From NCBI GenBank assembly GCA_048128005.1, contig JBEUKZ010000010.1, positions 124,001-188,000 of the forward strand: 64,000 bases of DNA. Reading direction: 5' to 3'. A program made the translations under genes and the position numbers. This document shows, piece by piece, positions 41,709-54,975 of the stretch. The DNA comes from Veleropilina oligotropha (lineage: Eukaryota). The notes under the pieces were generated by a model, which saw only the letters and a program-made list of their open reading frames with translations, was not told the origin of the DNA and ran no database searches. The first letter of the stretch is position 1. Each line of letters starts with the position of its first letter.

Positions 41709-43175
41709 CCGGCTTGGACATTTTCCAATCATCTAGAGGTCAAATTATCAAAAGCATACTGATGATCTCTGTCTGATAACTTACCATTATTGAAATGAGT
41801 ATTGGTCTGTGACCATCTCACCAAGTTTGTATTGCATATATAATCATAAATGAATGTGGGCCTGAATGTGCACACTGTAAGACCTCTTCATCCAATGTCT
41901 CAAGCTCTAGCTACCATTAAACCACAAGATGACTCAGTCACTCTAGTCCATCATTAAAGGAGACCATCATTACACACATCTATATTACATCCTGATCCAT
42001 AACAAATTGAAAATTTTATGGTATTCGCTTGTGACAAATTTGCTGATTCAATGGTCACCTAAACTTTAAGCCTGTATGATGCAATCTCGTGGGGACTCCA
42101 TCTTGAATCTGTCAAGCAAGTTCCTTTAGGAACTGTTATCAATTGCTGATAACAGTGACAGCCCTCCATGGGAGAGCTACCCACAAGAGGATATGATAAT
42201 AAACTGTCCAGTAGTCAAATTAAGTGGCCATCAACCATTTGACTTCCATGCCTTATCACTGATATCAGCCCACAAATATTGAGTAATTGTGGATAAGTAG
42301 CGCACAGTGCACCATACAGATAGTTAAATTAATGGTGTACTGTTGAACTTGAATGTACAATGAAAGGGTAGGGATATTCTGATAGGGCCATTATCTGAAT
42401 CTTAAATATTATTATTAATTTATTAAACGTATAATATTCAGCATTTTTTTGCGATATTCAGCAATTTAATTTGGTACAATGTTAATAACCAGAGTCAAAA
42501 TTTTTATCATTTTTGTTATAACTTCATTGAGAGGAATAAATCTTCAAATGAAAAAAATGATAAAATGGACAATTAACGGCAATGTAGCTTTAACAATAAA
42601 AAATATAACAATTCGAGTATTCTATGCAGCCATAATGCCTGTTTCACTTTTCATGACGGTAGCAGATTTAAGCTATAAATCTTCTTTAATTTCTTTGGAT
42701 ATTGCTTTTAACGATTAAACTCAATTAATGTTCATGAATCATGAAATTGGCCATGTTTGCGAAGGAATAATATCGAGAGAAAGAAGAGGTGTTCATTCGA
42801 TTGTGAAAAGAATACACATAGTTCAGTTCAATAGTTCATCTTAATGAATCGGTCATTTTATTACCCTACCAGGTTAAATATTATCACTAACTTAACTTCA
42901 CAAGAAATAAATAGTGTTTGTTCGCATTGTTGCTGGCCTTTCTTCATGAATGACAGACGAGAAATTAATCAAGGACGCGTTTACCATAATTCAAATAATA
43001 ATACAGCTGAACGGTGTAAACATCAATTATGTGATTAGTGGGTGACCGCGCGTTATGTTGATACAGATCAGCGATTGTTGGAGTATCTCATCATGGTGGA
43101 CAAATAAAACCAGCAAACAGAGATCATCTGCCGATAAGATATCGAGGGACAGATATATGATTAATGGTTAAATGC

Positions 43176-43330
43176 AACCACAACACTGATAACCTTGCAA
43201 TGGACAATAGATGAAACCACAACACTGATAACCTTGCAATGGACAATAGAGCTATATGGTCAAGACAAACAGCAATGTTAACGTTTAGATTACGGTGAAA
43301 GGCAACTCCGTTTAGATTACGGTGAAAGGA
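43176..43330. repeat. Two adjacent short tandem duplications (39 bp and 27 bp periods)
   Basis: AACCACAACACTGATAACCTTGCAATGGACAATAGA twice, then CGTTTAGATTACGGTGAAAGG twice. Confidence 0.85.
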
Positions 43331-43939
43331 AAATATGATGGTTACCTTTTGAGGAATCCAGCAATTAACAATAATAATAGTAGTAATATTGGTATTTGAA
43401 GGAATATCCAATCGCATCCACTTAAATGAAAGAATACAAAAGAAATGTCATGAAGTTTACTCGTTTACTTGTAACAATTACTATTTGATATTGGTATAAA
43501 TGGCACTCACTCATACAACTTCATAATAGGCTCCAACATCAACATTTATACTTGGTTGCACTGGTACATTTAGTACCAGTTGCACAGAACTTACATAATA
43601 TGATGGTTCTTGTCCATATGTTAATTGTATTTAGATTAAAATGTGTATGTGGTACAATGCTAAATGGTAGAATCACAATATAGTGATGTGCACATTGGTG
43701 ACAGGAAAAAATCCCCATCAAAATTTTCAAAAACATTTTAGGGTCAATACAAGGTTTCTGATTTGACTTGGAAGCATTACATCCTTTATGTCACAACCGC
43801 TTTTCTAGATATCATGATGGTTAGAATAATATTGACATCAAAATCAATAAACACTATAATTATTACCTATTCAAAGACAAAAACAGAAGAGTATTGTAAT
43901 GTTTTAATTTTAAATGATGACAATGATTCTAAATGTCAC

Positions 43940-44201
43940 GGCCGCTTCGGCAGCGCAGTGGGTAAGAGTGTCCACTCTAAATTCACAGGCTTGATTCCGC
44001 TAATGCGAACAGTGGTGGGTTCAATACCTGGCTGAGGCATTGACATTTGTTCAAGTTATGAATCACAGTTGTCCGTGACTGGCCGAAGAGGGCGGGTTTA
44101 CCCGGGGACCAGGGTTTCCTCCCGCGATAACACGGACATGTCCTGCCTTGAACCTCGATGTTGTAAATATACAGGACATTAAGCATCATTCCTCCTCCTC
44201 C
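43940..44201 (+). mobile_element. Young V-domain-like tRNA-SINE, full length
   Basis: A and B boxes, V-like core, (CCT)n tail, TSD TCTAAATGTCAC at 43928-43939 and 44202-44213. Confidence 0.92.
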
Positions 44202-45449
44202 TCTAAATGTCACCTTAATTGCATAACAACCATGTTTGCAGTTGAATGCACAACATGCTAATGCCAACAGTGCAATGTATATTGTAACATAAGTTTGCTT
44301 ACTTCATTACACAACAGTTCAGTTGAGGTATTGACATAGGACTCATTACAGTATAGTGTATCCTTGCCTAATTACAATGTCAATAACTTAATTAAGGCTA
44401 ACAAGACTAATGACATCCTGCCATATTCCAGGATATCTTTGCATAGATCAATTGGAACTGCTGCCAGTCAGAAAAACACATTGGTGTACAACAATTAATC
44501 TCATAAATAGAGAAGCAAAAGTAAACAATCAATTAACTAAAGACAAACATAAACATTAGGTGATTATTGGCATCATGGATTTTACTATTGTCATAAAAAC
44601 ATTGACCCCCACATTGACACATATGCAAAGTTGACCGTTACATCATATTAATTTATTAAATACATGTGTTGAAAATAGAATTTTATTATTTTATCTATGG
44701 TAAAAATAGTAAACAACAAACAAACAACAAAATTTCTGATAATAATATTATACCCCATTAGTATACATCATGATTTTTTAACTTAAACAGCCTGGCAAAA
44801 TAGTAATTTAATGTCATATAAATAAAGTAGCCACTGCCTTTAATATCAATTTGACCAATATCGCAAAAGAACAGCTGGACTTTCTCTTCAGCGATTGCTA
44901 CAACTGGCCTTTCTCACCAATAAGCTACAAGTATTGCCACCTTCGCCAGATAGTGTCCAGATAGCCACTGACCATCTGATATTCCCAGACACACATCTCC
45001 TGTTAGCAATCTACAAGCTTAATGGCCTGAGAAATTGACCAATAATGGACTGAACTCTGTATTCCCTACTGTGCTTCTGAATGGCCTGGACCTGGTATCT
45101 CTGTACATACATCTGACTGGACAATAACCTGTCCAGCCATTAGAACCATTTCCCTTGGAAGACATCACAGCTGGAGATCAAAAGCTTCGACAGGTAATGT
45201 TATTGTTGCATGTCAGCATTTTCACTAGTTTTATACCGAAGCGCTAAACACTTACAGAGATGAGCACTATGGCATTACCAAAATTGGTGTGACTAATAAC
45301 GACATTAGCAGCAAACAAGCACTCTAGACTTATACAACAGGTATGTACATCACTTGATTTATGGTATATTTGTGTACAACTGTGAACATATAGTTCAAGG
45401 ACTTCTAAAGTAGGATTTACCATTATTGGTAATGTATGTGTGACAAAGC

Positions 45450-45708
45450 GGAGGAGGAGGAATTATGCTTAATATCCTGTATGTTTATAACATCGAGGTT
45501 CAAGGCAGGACATGTCTGTGTTATCGCGGGAGGAAACCCCGGTCGCCGGGTAAACCCGCCCTCTTCGGCCAGTCACGGACAACTGTGCTTCATAACTTGA
45601 ACAAATGTGTGCTGCCTCAGCCGGGGGTCGATCCCACTACTGTTCGCGTCAGCGGAAACAAGCCAGTGAATTTAGAGTGGACACTCTACCCGCTGCGCTA
45701 CCGAAGTA
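45450..45708 (-). mobile_element. Young V-domain-like tRNA-SINE
   Basis: Nearly identical to 2973-3230; TSD GTGTGACAAAGC at 45438-45449 and 45709-45720. Confidence 0.92.
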
Positions 45709-47443
45709 GTGTGACAAAGCCAACTGATACATGGATGCACAGCTTATTGGTAAATACAATATGCTGTCATTAATTCAGCTTCTCTATCCAATATATGACT
45801 ACAACCTAATCATGTGGAATGAAATGGTTCAATGGGCAACGTTCAGTCTGATCAGTGGTTGGATGAGTGACCAAGGTCGGGGGGGGGGGGGGGGGGGAGG
45901 CTCGCTCCATGCAAGATAGTCTGACATTCAACTGGAGTCACGACAACTATTTGCTTAAAATGTTATTTAATGTGGTAGCAACACTAACTGATTTCTATCA
46001 CATCAAATCAGGCATGCCAGTTTCATGCGTTTCATGACAAATTTACCTCATGATAATCTTACAGAAAAATGTATTGAATAGTAGGGTTTATACCCTATTG
46101 AATCAATTATATACTACTGCATTGTACAATGTACATGTAGTCTTTCCTGCAGTCACTGTTATGACTTGACTGATAATGCTATACAACTACATATAATTAA
46201 TGTCTTTCACTAGCTAATGTTATCCTTGAAAGATAGATAGGGGTTTAACAAATTTCATGCCTTGACCTTTGAATATGGTTATATTTATTGCGCCAGTCCT
46301 TTGATGTGACTGGACTGGAGCCTGCAGTCGCATATCATCTTTCAAGACAGACCGCATGCTGGCATTGCAATGGTGCTAATTACAGAGTCATTTTCTGGAT
46401 ATTTGCAGCACATTATTCTAACTCTCAGCAGCTGTGGCGTCGCATTATGCAACACTCAGCAATTATTCTGACGACTTTCACAGATGAAAACAGATCTGAG
46501 GAAAATTGTGAGTCAACGGATCTTGTCGAGAATAAATTTATAAGAGATTTTAATTATTTAAATCAGTTAGAATTACAATCACATTTTAATAGTTGAAAAG
46601 ATGTTGTTTTTCGTTTCCAAGTGTCATGACATACGTTCCAAAGAATGTAAACAATATTACATTTCTAATTTGCACATTTTAATAATTTTACAGTCGTATT
46701 ATAGTCTGCACAGTAGTTTAAAGTCACTATAGATTCAATCAGATGGTTAATGATTCATGCAATGGATACGACATGCATGAATAATTTCCTAGCGCATCCG
46801 CGATCAAAATAGGTACTGGTATCTGTCTCTGCAGTCGAGGATAAAAAAAGTTGTCCACAAGCACAGCGCCTCCCATGCAGGTCTGGGATAAACAAAACTG
46901 ACAATATGCATTAAAAGTATAGAGCTAATATATAAAATTATACCATAATCAGATATTTAAAGTTAACAAATTACAATTTAATTGAACTCAGGTAAAGGAT
47001 ATTTTTTGTCCATTGAAAATAAATCTTTGTTTTAATATGTCGCAATTTTAACCATAAATAATCAATAAAGTCTCAACATATACATTACAATACAAATTAG
47101 TATGTTTACTAAAACTACATTATAGATACATTTCCTGTTACTAAATGCTGGCATTTTTCTATGTAAATGTACTATAATCTATTTTACTACTACATGTAGT
47201 ACTTTACTTCCTAATAACTATCATTATTACATACTGTGCTTTTGCAATTTTACTTCATTTACATTAATGACCTATCAGTTCTTTACAGGTCGGCCTATCA
47301 AGAATTGTTATTACTTCTGGTCGGATGCTTGGGAAACAGGCCTTTGAATGTTACAATGACGGAGGATGCTTTTTACTTGTGTTGGCCACAACAATGTGGA
47401 CCGTGGTCCATTAAATAAGGAAGTATGAGAGGATCCATTCTGT

Positions 47444-50400
47444 CAATCAGATTCTCGGTGAGGAGTCAGTGAACCGCGGTGAATAACCCCGGGCCGTACC
47501 TTTATTCGAACACAAATCACTGTCATTGTGTTCAAGGCCGCCACACTCGAAGGTAGAAAACAGGAGGTGAAACATTGTATCCATCTATGTATTGTACATA
47601 ACTCAATGACTATGTGTAGAGCGAAATGTTGAAAACATTTTTCGATCTCGATGAATGGATATAGATGTATAATCAGGAGGTAAGGATATAATGTTAGCCT
47701 TAAAATATACAAGTTGTATGTTCTAAGCTTTTTGATAATATTAATATGGATATCAAGTACACAGGCAAGTGTGTACTATTCCGTCGTTCTGTTGCTTTTA
47801 TCCGGTGACGTCGAGGCAAACCCTGGTCGTAACTGCGCGACTGTTTTAATAATATTGATGACATTCAAACAAAAATGGAGTGCTATGGATGTGGAAATGC
47901 ATTTCACATGACTTGTGTACGTGTCGACATTTTCACATGACTTGTGTACGTGTCGACATTTTCACATTGACAAATAAATGCATGGATTGACGAATGTGTG
48001 TGGACGTGCAGTGATTGTTCAGGCGATATTGAGGTAGCACATCGTGATGACCTAACGGTATGTGCCAATGATAGCAATTTGGAAAATAGGTGTGACACGA
48101 ACACCAGTAAACCCTTTCAACCGTTCAACAAAAAGGGGTTGTAGTTCACCTGAACGTACGCTCAATTAAAAACAAGTATGACGAAATGAAAACGGTTCTT
48201 AGTGACGCTCGTGAAAAGATCTCGTTATTTGGGATGACTGAAACGTGGTTAGACGACCGGTATGAAGATGAGAACATCCAAATAACGGGATATAATATGG
48301 AAGGCGCGATCGTTCACACGTCAAGCATCAAAAAGACAGTGGGGGTGGTGTGCTAATGTACATATCTGCCGAAATCACATACAAACGACGAAGTGATATG
48401 GAAATTTCTGACGTTGAAATGCTAGCTGTAGAGCTAAGGTTTGGGAATTCTCGTCCGTTTATTGTGATTGTCGCCTATAGAGCCCCAGATTTAAATTTAT
48501 CCAACTGGTGTATGTCGTGAAAACAAAGAATGTGTGGTGGTTGGCGATTTCAGCGTGGATTTATTTAAACCAAACAGCGATTCGGAGATTTGGCGTGACT
48601 TTATGGAAACAAGTCACGGTCTCTCGCAAGTAATCAACCAACAACCAGAATAACGAAAACGTCGGCAACATTGGTTGATCATGTATTCGTTTCGTGTCCT
48701 GAAAATATCACCCAGAGTTTTGTGGCTGATTTTAAAATTAGTGACCATTTTCCAATTTGCGTGACACGAAAAATAGCTACTGCAAAGAATAAAAACAATG
48801 GGACAATAAAATACAGATGCATGAAAAAATTTAACGGAGAATCCTTCCTTTGCGATCTGTCGGCAGCCATGGTCTGTAATCAAGTGTTTTGATCCCAACA
48901 ACAAATTGGGAATTTGGTCAGAACTGTTCACCGATATTCTTAACATGCATGCGCCACTGAAAGAAAAACGCGTGAAATATAATAAACGCCCAGAATGGTG
49001 ACATGAAAACATCACTCATGCTATGTCGCAAAGGGACAAATGTTCACATAAAAAGGAAACGGATAAAATTAAATATTGGAGAAATGTAGTAAAAAAATCA
49101 ATCTTCGATGCTAAAAGCACTTTCTATAACAAGATGCTTACAAAGGGTGTGTGCTATCAATAATTTTTGGCGATACCTGCGTGATCTAAATCCCCAAAAG
49201 ACCACATCATCAAAATCACATGACCTTTTTGTTGATAACGAACATCTGACTGACCCACAGGATGTTGCTGAAGGCTTCAACACCTGGTTCACTTCCATTG
49301 TAGATCAGTACATTGTGAATAGTGATGAAGCCAAACGACCCAAACTTCTTGGACAATGTCACAAGCTTAAGTTATTTGTTGAGTGTCGAAAGAACCCAGT
49401 GTCGTCATTTAAGATCCCAGCACTTTCAATAGAGTTCATTATGAAGCAACTGACGGGTCTTGATGGCAAGAAATCGACTGGGCTTGATGGCTTGTCGGAC
49501 AAATTCTTAAAGATATCTGCGGAAATTATCGGCCCTTTGTTAATGCACATCCTGAACGCTTGTGTAGAGTCATGTACTTTTCCTGACAGCTGGAAAACAG
49601 CGAAAGTCGTGCCTATACATAAAAAAGGTCCACTATCTGATCCGAACAATTATCGACCAGTGTCTTTTCTGCCAATTATTTCCAAAATTCTCGAACGCCA
49701 TGTCCATGAACACTTTATAGCATACCTAGAAAGCAATAATCTGGTATACGGAAAACAGTCTGGATTCAGGGCATTTCACTCGTGTCAGACTGCTTTAACC
49801 TCTTTATTAGACTCCTGGACATGTGAAATAGACAATGGGAATATGGTCGGCTCCATATTTTTGGACTTACGCAAGGCTTTTGACCTGGTAAATTATGACA
49901 TTCTAATGAAAAAACTCGTTATATATGGACTTTCACCTTCTGCTTTTAACTTTTTTCAATCATATTTATGTAACAGAAAACAATGTGTATTCTTTAACGG
50001 TAGCCTGTCTAGTAATACTAACATGAATGTCGGTGTACCACAAGGGTCTGAATCTTAGGGCCTTTGCTATTTTTGCTATATATAAATGATATGCCTCTCC
50101 ACACAAGTCATTCACAAGCTGATATTTTTGCCGATGACACGTCAATACATGCGCTACGGGTAAGACAATTCCCGAAATTGAACGTAAACTAAATGAAGAT
50201 ATGGTCTACATCAATAATTGGTGCACTAACAACAAAATGTGTGCTAACACTGACAAAACAAAATGTATGCTCGTAACAACAAATCAGAAGCGATGTCATC
50301 TAGCAAAGTCCCATATAGATGTATCACTCAGCAGAGACAAAATAGAACATGTTACTAATCATAAAGTTCTAGGTGTTGTACTACAAAATGATCTATCATG

Positions 50401-51210
50401 GGAATCTCACATAGACATGATTGTAAAGAAGATAAAGCCAAAGTTATACATTTTATATAGAATTAAGCACTTTTTACTACTACATGCTAGAAAACAATTT
50501 CATGTCTTTTTTTTTACCGCACATTGATTATTGTTTGTCTGTTTGAGGTGCGAGATCTCCCTGCCAGATTAATAGACTTGAATGCCTACAAAAGCGAGCT
50601 ATGCGCTTGATTTTAAATGATTATTCTGAACTGAGCTCGGACGAACTGTACAAAAAAATGAACTGGTTCCCGCTATCTTTTAGATTGAAGTATGTTACTG
50701 TTTTAATGGTGTATAAATGTTTAAATGGTTTTGCTCCCTCTTATTTGTCTGATATATTCACCTTTTACAAACCTGGTCGAAATTTAATATCAAGTACAAA
50801 AAGCCTGCTACAAATAACCTTCGCCAGAACTGAGCTGTTTAAGCAATCATTTAGAATTTACGGAGCATCCCTTTTTAATGAACTACCTAGTATTATTCAA
50901 TCATCCAGTTCCGTCATTGGTTTTAAAAAAAGTTGCATGGATTATTACAGAAATTGTTTTTTAATCAAAAAGTAATTTTATCCCTCTTTTAACAGTGTAC
51001 AATATTTTACGTAGCAACATACTCTTGTACTCTTTTACTGTTCTGTTTAACTTAAATATAATTTTACTTTGTTTATAATTTTGCATAATCTATTGTTTTT
51101 TTTATCTTATGTCCTTGTAACCATCCTGTTATTGCATTCGACCCCCACGAAAAAAAACTAGATCTATGGGGTTATCGAAATTAAATAAAGATTATTTATT
51201 TATTTATTTA
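47444..51210 (+). mobile_element. Near-full-length degraded CR1/L2-group LINE: 2A-like motif, PHD finger, APE endonuclease, RT
   Basis: LLLLSGDVEANPG; CxDC..ECYGCGNAFHMTC..WTCSDC; HLNVRSIKNK..TETWL..GGGV..GDFS..DHVFV..SDHFPI; RT WKTAKVVPIHKKG..NYRPVS..QSGFR..FLDLRKAFDLV..GVPQGS..FADDT; AATAAA plus (TTTA)n tail. The 5' boundary is approximate. Confidence 0.9.
49108..50975 (+). pseudogene. LINE ORF2 reverse transcriptase region, broken by frameshifts and stops
   Basis: ORFs 49108-50058, 50201-50527 and 50601-50975 are consecutive pieces of one RT and C-terminal domain; frameshift just after GVPQGS. Confidence 0.9.
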
Positions 51211-51349
51211 TAACTTGTGACCTGTACATGTAGTTAAAAATCATCATCATAGCAGAGGTTGTGACAGGCACACTGTCTCAGTTATAATGAGTATGTTTCT
51301 ACATAAAGCTAATGTACCTTGTGTTTTTACAACAAGTCATTAGATGAGG

Positions 51350-51545
51350 AATTGATGTTTAATGACCACGCCAACAGTATTTCAGTTATAAATCAGGTCA
51401 ATCAACTTTGAATGATGAGATGAATTGGTGCTGTGTGCAATGGAGGCAGCGATAATTGGAAAAATACCTGGCACTTCCGGGGCTTGAACCCATGACCTCC
51501 CGTTTAGTAGACCAGCACCGTATCCACTCGACAATGCTGCCCACG
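51350..51545 (-). mobile_element. tRNA-SINE
   Basis: Reverse complement has a tRNA-like head (TGTCGAGTGG...GGTTCAAGCCC) and tail TATAACTGAAATACTGTTGGCGTGGTCATTAAAC. Confidence 0.7.
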
Positions 51546-54500
51546 CAAAAGTCATTAGAACGGTGTGCATATATTGTAGATACTCATAATGAGAAAGTAT
51601 TAGAAATTCGTCTCGATCAACCTTTCGTAAAGCATAGCAACAAAGTCGAGTCCATTTTACAATTTATGTATTATAAGTTCATAAGATTAAGCAATAGCAT
51701 AAATGACTCATGTTTATTTTTGTCAGTAATATTCCAAATGTGGGTTTTATTGACACCATAAATTTCATTACGATTACTGGACACTTGAATGATTATAACA
51801 GCAGTCCACTCGAGTTTTATCTCGATATCGAAAAGATTATAAATATGCGAACGATATTGGGAAGAGCAGCTGTGTCATGTAAATCGTGCTTCAAATCATG
51901 ATGCGACTGATGATACAGTGGCTTCTCGACAAGTATTGTTGTCGCAGTAATGTTTCCGCAAACAAATATTGTCCGCCCGCAGAGCTCTTCATAATGGGCC
52001 CTGGATCAAATATTTGACAAGTCATAGAATTCCCCGATAGGCGCATCACCTCTGGGTTTATAAATTAATCGCGAAATGGCCAGCGAAGCAATACTACAAA
52101 AACTATTATTTCGGAGTCCATCTAACATCATGGAAATCACCATTTTATCATGTTGCTAGCAATGCTTTTACGTGTAATTTGGTTATGTTGCATCGATAGT
52201 TGGAGAAAAAAATCTAGCTTGACAGTAGCTTTGTGAGTCGCGAATACTAAGCACGCAGGAATGGGGACCTGAATCAACAATCATCAATGGTCGTAAAGAA
52301 GACTTGATTACACTTGCAAATCAATGACACTCGCTATGAATAGTATGAGCCAGTGCCAAGTGTGTGAGGAATGATATTCTATTGGGGCCTGTAGTTCCAT
52401 TACAGGTCAGGTGCATGTGTAAAGGCTAGGAAGAAGTTTTACGCTTCATGCTTTTGCAGTAATGGATACTTCAGATCGATTTGGTCAAATAATAAGAAAC
52501 ATTTTATAAATTTCGGCTCAGCAATTGGATATCATTAGCAAATAGAATATTTAATGAGAGTAAATTAATGGCAGAGGTCACATCTCTGGTTAGCTTACTT
52601 GTGACTTGTCAATATGAATTTACAAAGCACACAAAACTGACTTATACAACATGTACAATATGATACTATGTGTCCAGGTGATCAGTATTGGTCAAATATA
52701 ATTTCAACTTTTACACATAAATTTGTAAGCTACAAATACTATTTATAATTCAGAACGATGCTATTTATCACCCCATGCACATTTATCATGAAACTGTGTG
52801 TTACACATACATGTATATCAATACATTAGATCTCAATACCAATTTAATTATTTAAGTTCAGTCAAATATATGTTTTGATTTTTTAATTATGTTGTATTAG
52901 GGGAGATAATCACACCGACCGCCACGTTACGCAAAGCGAGAGATTGCAGTTATAAGTATTATTATTTAGATTGTAAGCTAGGGTGACACTGACAAGCTTT
53001 GAACAAATTTAACCTTTTCAAATGCTAACAGGAATTAACGAGTTATATCGGTTCCCACTGATTTGCATATTGTAAGTTGTCCCATGACCTGAATCTAAAC
53101 ACAAATAATTTGACCAATTTTATTCAGTTGACCTATTGCAAATTACTCATCCATGAAGGTATTCTACTCAAAAAAATCATGAAGTATATCTAGGGTAATA
53201 TGTGCATTAGAGCACAACACTTGAACTCTAACTTGACCTGTGTATCTCCAGGTGATGAGACAGGTCATCAAAAAACAATTCGTATATTGTTACAACTGAT
53301 AGTAAATGTTGCTTCAACTAAAATTTTTCCACATACATGTAAATGACAATGGCTTGCGACTCACAAGTCTAATTACATTATTCAATACTGATGAACTTTT
53401 TATATTTATATATATGCTGAATTCATAATTAAGTAATTATTACTCAGTCATAATTAATAAAGTTTTGCATTTGCTGGATGGTAAAATATGACCTTCAATA
53501 AATATGTACATCTTGGGAGACCTTTATTACAGAGCATTATTGTTATGCCATGCTGTTATCACATTAACCATCCACCATTCATTGCATCCTAAATATTCTC
53601 TACACAAGTATATATCCATATATCTGTTCTCAGCCTCCCACTGAAACCAGCATGACATTGGGTCAATAGCTTACATGTGCGTCAATTAACAGGTCATATT
53701 ATATGTCCACTCATAATGTGATCTTATACTCTCTGCACTTTCCTTTGACACAAGAGCTTCCCTTTGAGCATTTCTATTTTATTGCAACATAAATGCCTAC
53801 GCAACATGACACCATTCATAGTGGGAGACGGATGGTCTTGCCTACAGGCTGATCTTTGCACACTTCTGCGGTGTTGGTGCAGCAACATTGATTTAACATA
53901 CCATCCTCTGGCGGTAACACGAAATATCATCTACCCATATCGATCTTCTAATCTGCCCCAGGGATGTTAGTATCGAAATCAACAATAAAATGTGGTTACA
54001 ATTCCTTCGGTCAGAAAGCATTACACTATTGAACTCTTTCTATCTTGAGCCGGAGGTTAGTGGTGCAGATGCGGTCAACTAATGTCCAGCTAATGCTGAC
54101 CAGATTCAACAATTGACCAGCTAAGCTCTGGTCAGCATCTACTTTATTCACCATAGGCAAACAATGAAGGTCCTACTACGGAACTCTAATTCCTGATAAA
54201 AACAGCATGTCCAGTCTAAACAGTATGCGTGGCACATGGTCATGGAATAACACATCCAGGCAGTATGGCTCGAGTTCATCCTGACGGACCCTGCAGACTC
54301 TCTGCCCATCACTATAAGCAAGCAGGGAAATAGCTATTGGTGCACAGAACGTTTCTCAATGAAGGCAGCTATCAAACATAAGCATCTCAGATCTGAATTA
54401 AAAATTAGCTCATCATGGAAAATGGCAACAATTATATCTGATTTTTCCAACTTTTCAGCTTTCTATAGGGTAGCTTCACAGATCAAAATATCTCACGAGC

Positions 54501-54664
54501 AACGTATACATTTGACAAGGTAAACACGCAATATCTTGTGGATATGATTTCAGGTTATTTATTATATAAAATAACAATTAAAACGTAGAAAAGTTTCCTT
54601 GCATATAGACATGTTAATAATATATCATGTATAGTACGTACCAGTAGTACTTGTTTGGCATGAT

Positions 54665-54975
54665 GGCCACTTCGGCAGCTGTGTGGTTTTGGTTGCCGAC
54701 TCGAAAAATCACTGGCTTGATTCCGATGACGCGAATAGTAGTGGGTTCAAACCTCGGCTGGGACATAACATTATTTGTTCAAATTATGAATCACAGAAGT
54801 CCTTAACTGGTCGGAGAGGGCACTTTTCCCCGAACGACATATCCTGCTTTGAAATTAATGGTTGGAAATATACAGGACATTAAGAACCAACTGATGGTTG
54901 GAAATATACAGGACATTAAGAACCAACTGATGGTTGGAAATATACAGGACATTAAGCATCAATCATTTCCTTTCC
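54665..54975 (+). mobile_element. Older V-like tRNA-SINE with internal deletion and triplicated 36-bp tail segment
   Basis: Collinear with the other family members; ATGGTTGGAAATATACAGGACATTAAG occurs three times at 54858-54956. Confidence 0.8.

Noticed and set aside
41052..41776. Six overlapping ORFs of about 200 aa
   Set aside because: Artefact of an 18-bp stop-free repeat.
43344..43380. IVNCWIPQK followed by GTAAC as the missing YIPF5 micro-exon
   Set aside because: Only QK matches the expected ELGINFDHIWQK, and there is no suitable acceptor.
51465..51545. Possible tRNA gene on the minus strand
   Set aside because: The cloverleaf pairs poorly and it continues into a SINE body and tail, so it is treated as a SINE head.
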